Source of the DNA: Pseudomonadota bacterium
GTDB taxonomy: Bacteria > Myxococcota_A > UBA9042 > GCA-2863065
NCBI GenBank assembly: GCA_947498315.1
Contig: CANMLD010000001.1
Span: forward strand, 38,781 to 102,780
Length of the DNA stretch: 64,000 nucleotides
Direction of reading: 5' to 3'
Positions 49,801 through 57,845 of this stretch are shown piece by piece. The translations under genes and the position numbers were made by a program. Below the pieces are notes generated by a model that had not been told where the DNA came from, did not search any database, and saw only the letters and a list, made by a program, of their open reading frames with translations. The stretch's first letter is position 1; the number at the start of each line of letters is the position of its first letter.

Positions 49801-52800
49801 CTCACCGACGCAGCGGACCCTTCGCTCGTCACGACGGCCTGTGAGAAGCAGATCGGCGTGTGCGCCGGCGCGGAACGACCTGCGGCGCGGTGCGTCGGGG
49901 GCGTCGAGCTCGCTTGTACCGCCGGCGACTACCTCGCCCACGCCGCCACCTATCAGGACGGCGTCGAGACCGGCTGCGACGCCAAAGACAACGACTGCGA
50001 CGGCAGCGCCGACGAGGACTTCTCGGTGGCACTCCCGAACGGGGTGACCGTGACCGGTGCCGGCAAGGTCTGCGGCACCGGCGTGTGCAGCGGCGGCATC
50101 ACGGTCTGCGCCGGTAGCACCATTGTCTGTTCGACCAGCGCCAGCGCGTCGGCAGAGACCTGCAACGGCAAGGACGACGACTGCGACGGCGAGACTGACG
50201 CGACCGACTCATCGATGCAGCTCGTCTCGTGTGAGAAGCAAGCGGGAGTGTGTGCCGGCATTCAGAAACCCGCGTCCCTTTGCTCCGGCGGCCTCTGGAG
50301 CCCGTGCTCGACCTCGACCTACAAGCTCGCGAACGCCGCCTATCAAGCTCCGATCGAGACCGGCTGCGACGGCCTCGACAACGACTGCGACGGTCCGGCC
50401 GACGAGGACTTCACCTTCGTGGGGCTCGACGGCAACCTGGCTACGGGCGTGAACGCCGACTGCGGCACGGGCAGGTGCTCGGGCGGCAAGACGACCTGCG
50501 CGCCCGACCAGCTCGGGCTGAAGTGCTCGACCAACGTGGCGGCGACGGCCGAGATCTGCAACGACCAGGACGACGACTGCGACGGCAAAACCGACGCGGC
50601 GGATCCGTCCATGGCGACAGTCGCTTGCGAGCTTCAAACCGGCGTCTGTGGTGCGCTCCAAAAGCCGAAGAACCTCTGCGTGCTCGGAACCTGGCAAGCC
50701 TGCGACGCGAGCGAATACGGCGCGGGTTGGCAGGCCGTTGGGGAGATCGCGTGCGATTCCAAAGACAACGACTGCGATGGCCAGACCGACGAGGACTTCA
50801 GCGTCACGACGGCCGACGGCGCGAACGTCACGGGCACGGCGAAGGCGTGTGGTACCGGCGTCTGTGCGGGCGGCACGACGCTATGCAACTCCGGCGGGAA
50901 CGGGATCGTCTGCTCGAGTGCTGGCAGCGCCGTCACCGAGGTCTGCGACGCCAAAGACAACGACTGCGACGGCAAGACCGACACGGCCGATTCGAGCATC
51001 GTGGTCCCGCTTTGCGAGAAGCAGAGCGGCCTCTGTGCTGGCGCCAAAAAGCCACTTACGCTCTGTCAAAGCGGCTCGTGGGCTGCGTGCGCTACGGCGG
51101 TCTACAAGGCGTGGGCCTCGGCCTACTCCGCGACCACCGAGGTCGCGTGTGATGGGGCTGACGAAGACTGTAGCGGCACCGCCGACGAGGACTTCACCTA
51201 CGCGCAGCCCTCCGGCACCGTCAACGGCGTGGGTGCTAGCTGCGGCGCCGGGCAATGTGCCGGCGGTGTCACCATCTGCAATCTGGCCAAGACCGGCCTC
51301 GTCTGCACCACGGATGCGGGTGCTGGCTCCGAGATCTGCGATAGCCAAGACAACGACTGCGACGGCCAGGTCGACGCGGCGGACTCGTCACTCGCGCTCA
51401 TCGCGTGCCCACTCACGCAAGGCGTCTGTACGGGCTCGATGCGAACGGCCGCGCTCTGCCAGAGCGGCGGTTGGCAGTCCTGCACCGGCGCCCAGTACGG
51501 CGCCAGCTACCAGTCGGGGACCGAGGCGTCGTGCGACGCCAAAGACAACGACTGCGACGGACTTACCGACGACGACTTCACGGCTGCGCTCCTGAACGGC
51601 ACGACCGTGAAGGGGGCCGGCAAGTCCTGTGGCGTTGGCATCTGCTCGGGCGGCGTCACCGTGTGTAACGGGGCATCGGGGATCAAGTGCAGCTCGGAAG
51701 CGAACGCGACCGCCGAGACTTGCGACGGCTTCGACAATGACTGCGACGGGCTGACTGACGCGGACGACCCCTCGCTCGTGCTCGTCGCGTGCGAGAAGAC
51801 GCTGAGCCTCTGCGCTGGCGCCACGAAATCGGCCGCGCTCTGCACCGGCGGGACGTGGAAACCATGTCCCGCCGCCGCGTATCCCGTTGGCTACCAGGCT
51901 GGAGCTGAGATCAGCTGCGACGCGAAAGACAATGACTGCGACGGGCAGACGGATGAAGACTTCAGCTACGTCGGACCGAACAGCGCTACGGTGAACGGCG
52001 CCGGGAAGGCCTGTGGCGTCGGGGTCTGTGCCGGGGGCACGACTGCGTGCAACAACACTCAAACCGGCATCGTCTGCTCCACCTCAGCCAACGCGGTAGC
52101 GGAGATCTGTGACGCGAAAGACAACGACTGCGACGGGGCGACGGACGCTCTCGACGCCAGCTTGACGCTCATCTCGTGCGACAAAACCGCGGGTGTCTGC
52201 TCAGGGACGACGCGGCCGGCGGCCCGTTGCGTCACCGGCGCATGGACGAACTGCCAGGCGGCGGACTACCCATCGCCCTTTGAAGCGACCGAGTCCCTCT
52301 GCGACCAGAAGGACAACGACTGCAACGGGCAGACCGACGTGTTCGTGAACAGGCCGCTGAACAGCGAACAGCGCGGCGCCTGCGCCGGCACTCAAAAGGC
52401 GTGTACGATCAATGGGTTCGCGGACGAGTACGGCTCCGTCGCGCTCTATGGGCAATACGAAGAGCCCAGCGCCGCGTTTGCCGATGAGAACTGCGATGGC
52501 ATCGACGGCACCGTCATGGCGGCCATCTTCGTGTCGCCCACGGGTGTCGACGGCGCGACCTGTGGTGCCCAGAAGTCGCCTTGCAAGACCCTCCCGGGCG
52601 CACTGACGGTGTCCGGGACCTCCGGGAAGAAAGACATCTACCTCGCCTCCGGGAGCTATGCTGGACCGCTCATCCCGACGACGGGCACGCGCTTCTACGG
52701 CGGCTACGGCGCGAACTGGGTGCGCTCCGGGAGCGTTGGCAATGCCAGCAGCATTACGGGCGGCGTCCTCACGTCGGTCTTCCCAGGCGACGCCATGACG

Positions 52801-53955
52801 GTCGTCATTCGTACGGCCACCGGCGTGAAGCTCCATGATCTCTCGCTGCAAGGAACGAACGCGACCGCCAACTCAGGGCGCTCGAGCTACGTCGTCCACG
52901 TCTCGAACGCCGCCGGCGTCGATATCGCGCGGTGCACGTTCGTCCAAGGCAACGGCGCCGCTGGCACCGCAGGTTTGTCCGGGACGAACTTCTCCAACCT
53001 GAACAACGCACCTACCGGTGGCACTGGCGGCGCCGCCAGTGAGTTCAGTGTGCCTTGCAACGACTCGAGCCGCGGTGCGGGTGGTTCCGGAGCGTCGAAC
53101 GCGTCCTGCTCTACGAACGGCTCGGGCGGTGGGGGTGGAGCCGGCGGCACGATGGACACCAAATGCATCTTCCCTCCCAGTTACTCCCACACGCCCGGCC
53201 TCACCGGCGCCACAGGCACCGGCGGCGCCACGGGAGGGGTCGGCGGTGTTGGTTGTGCCGTTGGCAACGGAGGCAACTCCGGCGCGGTCAGTAATGGCGT
53301 CGGAGGTACCGGCGGCGGCGCTACCGGCTCCGTATCGTCAGAGCTGTGGGTCTCGGCGGTGGGCAGCTCTGGAGCGGTCGGCTCGCACGGCAATCCAGGC
53401 GGAGGAGGCGGCGGGAGCGGCGGTTGTGACACCGGGATCGACTCTTATGGTGCGGGCGGCGGTGGCGGCGGGGCCGGTGGGTGCAGTGCGACCGGCGGCG
53501 GGGCCGGAGGCCAAGGCGGCGGGAGCAGCTTCGGCGTCTTCGTGGTGACGAATGCGACAGCGACGGTCACGAGCTCCACCTTCAACCGCGGCGCCGCGGG
53601 CACTGGCGGCGCCGGCGGCATTGCTGGTCGTGGCCAGCCCGGCGGCAGTGGTGGTGACGGCGGCGCGGGCACGGGCAGTGGCGACAGCAGGGCCGGCGGC
53701 GCTGGCGGCGCCGGAGGGCATGGCGGCCACTCCGGTGGTGGTGGTGGCGGTGGCGGCGGCTACAGCGCCGCGATCTTCTACTTTGGCGCTACGATGAACG
53801 CCAGTGGCAATACCGTCACGGGCGGCAGCGGTGGTTCGGGCGGCACCGGCGGCCCGAGGCCGACCGGGCAAGCCGACGGCAATGCAGGCAACGAGGGTGT
53901 TGGCGGTAGCGCGGTCAACACCAAGACCTGCGCCAATGGGGCAGCGGACTGCTAA
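46873..53955 (+). CDS. Giant (2360 aa) secreted protein or lipoprotein. It has about 25 Myxococcus cysteine-rich repeats in two alternating module types, a right-handed beta-helix-like region and a long Gly-rich C-terminal tail.
   Basis: The signal peptide is ...LVGALWAFSLACSSG. Repeats of CNGxDDDCDGxTDAAD and CDGxDNDCDGxTDEDF alternate with GxGxCxGGxTxC modules from about aa 260 to 1820. Then come parallel beta-helix-like repeats and GGxGG-rich sequence to the end. Confidence 0.85.
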   Translation: MSTYHRRATATTPSSRLLVGALWAFSLACSSGSEPTSVGGVIVDTVAPVDTNGGGGGEVIGAPDTAAPDTSDATTSDAGEPCPGCAFSSCESNADCNDGYCIEGPSGLECGQPCVLDCPKGYKCRGVGGGSGDPVFLCVYDHLEYCLPCDTDSDCAHPLLPGSTTSCVSRGAALGGFCATACEGDEDCPTSSSCVLASEAGASNQGGSCQPTSGECGCSSYAQSVSASTGCTVTSELGACSGRRTCSEAGLSSCDARTPAAESCNGQDDDCDGETDEGVPTTGEPCDGDDPDLCASGTWQCSSAGLLCDDDAASATETCNGQDDDCDGKTDAADDELSPVPCELTVGACTGALAPVETCSGGGWQSCPDAVYLALGFGYEPGQEQTCDGKDNDCDGLFDEDVPLTGEACDGPDVDDCTDGAWACTKTGLLCDDGPESGAEKCDGQDNDCDGLTDADDPDLALVPCQNVIGACSGALRPPSACQDGEWTDCGDDVYAALASAYEPVAELSCDGQDNDCDGKTDDDFVLALPDGASVTGVGAACGAGLCAGGVTTCGTATSISCTTLGNLQPESCNGLDDDCDGAIDAADESLTSPLCERQAGLCTGTLKPRDLCVSGKFGACTDDIYLTQAPAYSAGAEQRCDGSDDDCDGQTDEDFVLKTLASGFVVGIGQTCGTGKCGGGVTVCSPEGNASACPTEANAVEEICNGKDDDCDGLVDALDPSMVLVVCELQAGSCAGSLKTAALCKDGAWTACTVGIYADHSEAWESGQEVSCDGVDNDCDGNIDEDFQVILLSGQIVEGAGQPCGAGACTDGVTVCDTAGLGLTCSSETSAIPETCNGQDDDCDGSTDAVDAQLQLTLCEDQDGFCAGARHLSADCVAGEFAACSSAIYAAHSPLFQLGAETTCDGKDNDCDSQTDEDFSLTLPNGATVTGVGAACGVGICAGGVTQCGGGGLVCSTGGQAATEVCNGKDDDCDGLTDAADPSLVTTACEKQIGVCAGAERPAARCVGGVELACTAGDYLAHAATYQDGVETGCDAKDNDCDGSADEDFSVALPNGVTVTGAGKVCGTGVCSGGITVCAGSTIVCSTSASASAETCNGKDDDCDGETDATDSSMQLVSCEKQAGVCAGIQKPASLCSGGLWSPCSTSTYKLANAAYQAPIETGCDGLDNDCDGPADEDFTFVGLDGNLATGVNADCGTGRCSGGKTTCAPDQLGLKCSTNVAATAEICNDQDDDCDGKTDAADPSMATVACELQTGVCGALQKPKNLCVLGTWQACDASEYGAGWQAVGEIACDSKDNDCDGQTDEDFSVTTADGANVTGTAKACGTGVCAGGTTLCNSGGNGIVCSSAGSAVTEVCDAKDNDCDGKTDTADSSIVVPLCEKQSGLCAGAKKPLTLCQSGSWAACATAVYKAWASAYSATTEVACDGADEDCSGTADEDFTYAQPSGTVNGVGASCGAGQCAGGVTICNLAKTGLVCTTDAGAGSEICDSQDNDCDGQVDAADSSLALIACPLTQGVCTGSMRTAALCQSGGWQSCTGAQYGASYQSGTEASCDAKDNDCDGLTDDDFTAALLNGTTVKGAGKSCGVGICSGGVTVCNGASGIKCSSEANATAETCDGFDNDCDGLTDADDPSLVLVACEKTLSLCAGATKSAALCTGGTWKPCPAAAYPVGYQAGAEISCDAKDNDCDGQTDEDFSYVGPNSATVNGAGKACGVGVCAGGTTACNNTQTGIVCSTSANAVAEICDAKDNDCDGATDALDASLTLISCDKTAGVCSGTTRPAARCVTGAWTNCQAADYPSPFEATESLCDQKDNDCNGQTDVFVNRPLNSEQRGACAGTQKACTINGFADEYGSVALYGQYEEPSAAFADENCDGIDGTVMAAIFVSPTGVDGATCGAQKSPCKTLPGALTVSGTSGKKDIYLASGSYAGPLIPTTGTRFYGGYGANWVRSGSVGNASSITGGVLTSVFPGDAMTVVIRTATGVKLHDLSLQGTNATANSGRSSYVVHVSNAAGVDIARCTFVQGNGAAGTAGLSGTNFSNLNNAPTGGTGGAASEFSVPCNDSSRGAGGSGASNASCSTNGSGGGGGAGGTMDTKCIFPPSYSHTPGLTGATGTGGATGGVGGVGCAVGNGGNSGAVSNGVGGTGGGATGSVSSELWVSAVGSSGAVGSHGNPGGGGGGSGGCDTGIDSYGAGGGGGGAGGCSATGGGAGGQGGGSSFGVFVVTNATATVTSSTFNRGAAGTGGAGGIAGRGQPGGSGGDGGAGTGSGDSRAGGAGGAGGHGGHSGGGGGGGGGYSAAIFYFGATMNASGNTVTGGSGGSGGTGGPRPTGQADGNAGNEGVGGSAVNTKTCANGAADC
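47660..52340 (+). repeat. Coding array of about 100 aa super-modules, about 12 units, each with two CxGxDDDCDG cysteine-rich repeats
   Basis: The periodicity is visible in the translation. Nucleotide-level similarity between units is partial. Confidence 0.7.
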
Positions 53956-53964
53956 TGCGCCCGG

Positions 53965-54900
53965 CTACTGGCGTTCGTCGTCCCCCCGGGGCAACCAGAC
54001 GCGGACCGTGGTCCCGAGCCCTTCACCCTCCGAATCGACGACGAGCCGTCCACCGAGCGACTGCGCCAGCGCCTTGACGACGAAGAGTCCGATCCCGGTG
54101 CCGGGCCTCGAACGCACTGCTTCACTCGGCACACGGAAGAAGCGCTCGGACACGCGACCGAGGTGAGAGCGGGGGATCCCGATGCCCTGATCGCGCACGG
54201 TGATGGCGACCTGGGCACCGTAGGCCTCGGCATTGACGACCACATGAACGGACTCGGGCTTCGAATACTTCACCGCGTTGTCGATGAGGTTTCGGAGGAT
54301 GGTCGAGAGCGCCGTGGGATCCGTGTGCGCTTGAAGCGACCCCGGAATGGTCAGCGTTACGCTTCCATCCGGGACCGTGCGCCGCTTGCCCACTGCCGCG
54401 ACACACTCCACTGCGACCACCGCGACTGGAACGTCCTGAATCAGATGGCTTTTTCGCCCATGGAGGATGCGGCTTGCTTCGAGTACGTCGTCGATGAACA
54501 CCGAGAGCCGGTCTACGTCTCCGAGCATCATGAGCCGCAGTTGCTCGCGCTGCTCAGGCTTCAGCTGTGGCCTTTCGATCGTCTCGAGCGCGAGCCGTAT
54601 CGACGCCAGCGGGCTCTTCAGCTCGTGCGTGACCGAATCGATGAAGCTGTCTTGCCGGCTCACCTCGCGCATCTGACGGACGACGAGCCACGACAGCGCC
54701 GCGAGCGAGCCGATGACGACGACATAGCTGACGATGCCGAGGACGAGGAGCGAGGTGGACTGAAGTGGCTCGTTGCTTGCGAGGATGAGTGTCCAGCCGA
54801 CGAGTAGGGCGATGGTGAGCCCACCGGCAGTGACGCCTAGCCCGATCGGCAGCGTGACCGACGCGAAACGGCGGTGGCTGTTGGAATGACGACCGACCAC
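53965..54900 (-). CDS. Sensor histidine kinase (HisKA + HATPase_c) with two N-terminal TM helices
   Basis: The H-box is ITHELKSPLASIRLALE. The N-box is ...LRNLIDNAVKYS. G-boxes are DQGIGIP and GTGIGLFVV. Confidence 0.85.
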   Translation of the reverse strand: MVGRHSNSHRRFASVTLPIGLGVTAGGLTIALLVGWTLILASNEPLQSTSLLVLGIVSYVVVIGSLAALSWLVVRQMREVSRQDSFIDSVTHELKSPLASIRLALETIERPQLKPEQREQLRLMMLGDVDRLSVFIDDVLEASRILHGRKSHLIQDVPVAVVAVECVAAVGKRRTVPDGSVTLTIPGSLQAHTDPTALSTILRNLIDNAVKYSKPESVHVVVNAEAYGAQVAITVRDQGIGIPRSHLGRVSERFFRVPSEAVRSRPGTGIGLFVVKALAQSLGGRLVVDSEGEGLGTTVRVWLPRGDDERQ

Positions 54901-54911
54901 GTGACGTCGGC

Positions 54912-57845
54912 TTACCAGAAGAACGTGACGTCGGCGAACAAGGTGCGACCCGGCTGACGCACGGTCAGATCCACGATCTCGTCACCGACAGGGTGGCCAT
55001 AGTCCCAGTCGAGCAGGTTTCGCACGCCGACGGCGTACTCGAGGTGCGCGGCCGTGATGGCGCCGGAGAGCACCACATCCCAGAGGACCGGGACCGGACT
55101 GTCTTCGCCGTCCCGGGTGCGGCGGTCGAGCTCGATCTGTAGCCGCGAAGCGAGAAGCAGCGACGGGCGCGCAATGGGCGCGATCACCTTGAAGCCGATG
55201 AGGTGTTCGGGCGAGTTGGGGAGCGCGTCGCCGTCCGCGAGGTCGCCGAGACGCGTGCGTTGAAACGAGTACTGGGCGCTGACCATCCAGCCCCGGGCGA
55301 GCTCGCGCTGTAGCTCGAGCTCCGCGCCGACCGTCCACACCGTCTCTCGAGTATTGCGGTAGATGTCGACCTCGTCGGTCACGTCAGTCGGCTCGATCTG
55401 AATCAAGTCATCGATATGATTCATGAAGACCGAGGCGGTCAACCGAAGCTCCCACGGGAACTCGTGGCTGTACTCGACCTCACCGGTCCAGATGGTCTCC
55501 GGAACCAAATCTGGGCTCGCGACCTGCTCTACGCCCCCGTCTGAATAGGTCAGCTCGTAGATCGACGGCGCACGGAAGGCCTTGCCGCCGAGGAGCTTCA
55601 ACGTGCTGCCGTCGGTCGGGTGAAAGAGCAGGGCGAAGCGAGGGTTGATGCTGTAGAGAAAGCGGTCTTCGGGGGCTTCACCCGTCCGCTTCAAGTCGTC
55701 GATGAGCCAGCCGTCTAAGCGGCCGCCGATCGAGATCCCCATGAACTCCCATGGGGCCCAGTCGACGAGCGCGTAGGCCGAAAACGCGCTGAACGGGTGC
55801 TCCTCGTCCATATAGATTTCAGTGTCGTCGGTGCCCTTCGCTGTGTTCTCAAAATGGTATTGATATTCGAGGCCGGCCGTGATCCGGAGCCCGCCGTCGT
55901 CGCTCTCTGTCGCGAGAGGCCGAAACACGCCGCGCGTCTCGAGGCCCATCCAGTTGCCTATGAAGGTCTCGACCTTCAGCCCCCCGTCTCCGGCCCCATA
56001 GGGCAGGCGGCCCTCGTAGCCCGAGTGGTCGTAGTAGATGCGTGAGAAGAGCTGTGCGCCGGGGCCAAAGGTGGGTTCGTAGCGCGCTTCCACGAAGGCG
56101 CGGCGATCGTCGAGGGTGAAGCGGGGGTCGCCGAAGAGGGTGTCGAAGGACCCGGTCGCGACGCCTTTGCTCCGCTCATTGAAGTAGAACTGCATCGTCA
56201 AATCACGCCAAAAAACGCGACCTTGGGCGGTCCCGCTCGCGAACTCGCCGACGCCCTCGGCCGTGCCGTCGTCACCCAGCGCCGGGGAGACGTAGGTGCC
56301 CGGTTGGCCGTAGATGCCACCACCCGAGACCCAGAAGCCGCCACCCTCGAAGCCCATACCGCCGGAGGCTTTGGCGCGGATGGTACCGTCCGTGACCGCC
56401 GTGAGCCCCGCGGTGACGGGGTGGCGAGGCGCGTCGTCGTGGGTCACGACGTTCACGACGCCAAAGAAGGCGCCGGTGCCGTAGAGGACCGAGCCTGGAC
56501 CGCGCACGAGCTCGAGGCGCTCGACCCGGTCGAGATCGTTCATCAAGTCGAAGGTGACGAACGACGAGCCGATCCAGTCGTCGTTGACGGTGTGACCGTC
56601 GATCTGGACGAGGAGCCGGTTGCCATACTGCACGAAGGGAGCGAACCCGCGGATGCCGAGTATTGGGTACGAGCCGTCATCAGAGAAAAACACGCCGCGT
56701 TCGGCGCCGAGCGCTTCCGCGACCGTCATGGCTCCAAACGCGGCGATCTCGCGGGAGGGAACGAGCGAGACCGAGGCAGGCGCGTCGCTCGCCGACTCCG
56801 CGGTCTTCGACGCAGCTGCGACCTCGTCCGACGCGTCGAGCTCGGCTACGGCGATGGTGCGATCATCCGGCGCGACGTCGATGCGCCGAGTCCAAGTTCG
56901 GAAGCCGTCGAGCACAACTGAGACCTCGTGCGGCCCTGCAGGGACACTATCGATGACCGCTGGCGTGAAGCCGGCCGCGCGCCCGTCGACGAGGATGAGG
57001 GCGTCGCGTTCGTCGGCCTGCACGACCAGCGTGCCGGTCTGACGCTGTAGGTCCGCCAGCAGCGGCGTGGTCTTGCGCGCCGTGATCTCGACGTCGGCTT
57101 GCCAGGGGAGGTAGCCGGTCTGCCTTACGGTGACACGGTAGCGGCCAGGCGGCGCGTCGATGGCGCCGGGGAGGGTTCCGATGACGCGGCTCAGACCCTC
57201 CATGACGACCTCGGCCCCGGCGGGGGAGCCGGACGCCTCGAGGCGGCCCAGGATCTTCGGCAATGACACCTTGACCGTCTCGGTGCGACCGACGCGCAGC
57301 GACACCCCCTTAACCGTGGCGCTCTCGTGACCGGCGAGCTCGAAGATGAGGTCGTGGCTGCCCGGCTTCACCGCGAGGAGTCGCGGCGTGGTGCCGTAGC
57401 CGCCAAGGTCCTTCCGGTCGATGTAGAGGGTGGCGCCCGGGGGATCGGATTGAACCGAGAGCAGAGCGACGGAGCCGAGTACGCGCTTCATCGCGTCGTC
57501 GACGGCGCTGCGCTCCTTGGACGTCAGCGTCTCGGACGCGAAGTCCTGGTAGTAGCGAAACGACTCTGGGAACTGCCCAAGCTGCTCGTAGGCGCGTGCG
57601 ATGTTGAACGTGACGTTCCGGTTTGGGGCGAGCCGGTTCGACGCGAAGTAGTGCGCGAGCGCCGTGCGAAAATCGCGCTTGATGTAGGCGTCGTTGCCGA
57701 GGGTGAACTGCACTTCGGCTTCGTCGGCTGCGTTCTTGTACTCCTGGGCGTGGGCGGGTCGCAGCGTCAGGGCCGCACCGGCGCAGAGTGCCAAGATGAC
57801 GAGAAGAGCGAGCGATCCGCGTGGCGCGGAGTGAGGTTGCGTCAT
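54912..57845 (-). CDS. TonB-dependent-receptor-like outer-membrane protein with an N-terminal TPR + PEGA-domain extension
   Basis: The signal peptide is ...LALLVILALCAGAALTLRPAHAQ. A TPR-like region is followed by about three PEGA-like modules (PPGATLYIDRKDLGGYGTTP..., PAGAEVVMEG...). The plug domain is TVAEALGAERGVFFSD...LGIRGF...LLVQIDGHTVNDDW. A long beta-barrel ends ...DVTFFW. Confidence 0.8.
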   Translation of the reverse strand: MTQPHSAPRGSLALLVILALCAGAALTLRPAHAQEYKNAADEAEVQFTLGNDAYIKRDFRTALAHYFASNRLAPNRNVTFNIARAYEQLGQFPESFRYYQDFASETLTSKERSAVDDAMKRVLGSVALLSVQSDPPGATLYIDRKDLGGYGTTPRLLAVKPGSHDLIFELAGHESATVKGVSLRVGRTETVKVSLPKILGRLEASGSPAGAEVVMEGLSRVIGTLPGAIDAPPGRYRVTVRQTGYLPWQADVEITARKTTPLLADLQRQTGTLVVQADERDALILVDGRAAGFTPAVIDSVPAGPHEVSVVLDGFRTWTRRIDVAPDDRTIAVAELDASDEVAAASKTAESASDAPASVSLVPSREIAAFGAMTVAEALGAERGVFFSDDGSYPILGIRGFAPFVQYGNRLLVQIDGHTVNDDWIGSSFVTFDLMNDLDRVERLELVRGPGSVLYGTGAFFGVVNVVTHDDAPRHPVTAGLTAVTDGTIRAKASGGMGFEGGGFWVSGGGIYGQPGTYVSPALGDDGTAEGVGEFASGTAQGRVFWRDLTMQFYFNERSKGVATGSFDTLFGDPRFTLDDRRAFVEARYEPTFGPGAQLFSRIYYDHSGYEGRLPYGAGDGGLKVETFIGNWMGLETRGVFRPLATESDDGGLRITAGLEYQYHFENTAKGTDDTEIYMDEEHPFSAFSAYALVDWAPWEFMGISIGGRLDGWLIDDLKRTGEAPEDRFLYSINPRFALLFHPTDGSTLKLLGGKAFRAPSIYELTYSDGGVEQVASPDLVPETIWTGEVEYSHEFPWELRLTASVFMNHIDDLIQIEPTDVTDEVDIYRNTRETVWTVGAELELQRELARGWMVSAQYSFQRTRLGDLADGDALPNSPEHLIGFKVIAPIARPSLLLASRLQIELDRRTRDGEDSPVPVLWDVVLSGAITAAHLEYAVGVRNLLDWDYGHPVGDEIVDLTVRQPGRTLFADVTFFW

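Noticed and set aside
47600-52400. Regularly spaced repeats that might suggest a CRISPR array
   Set aside because: The periodicity is about 300 nt and coding (protein super-modules). There are no short identical direct repeats with unique spacers, and no cas genes.
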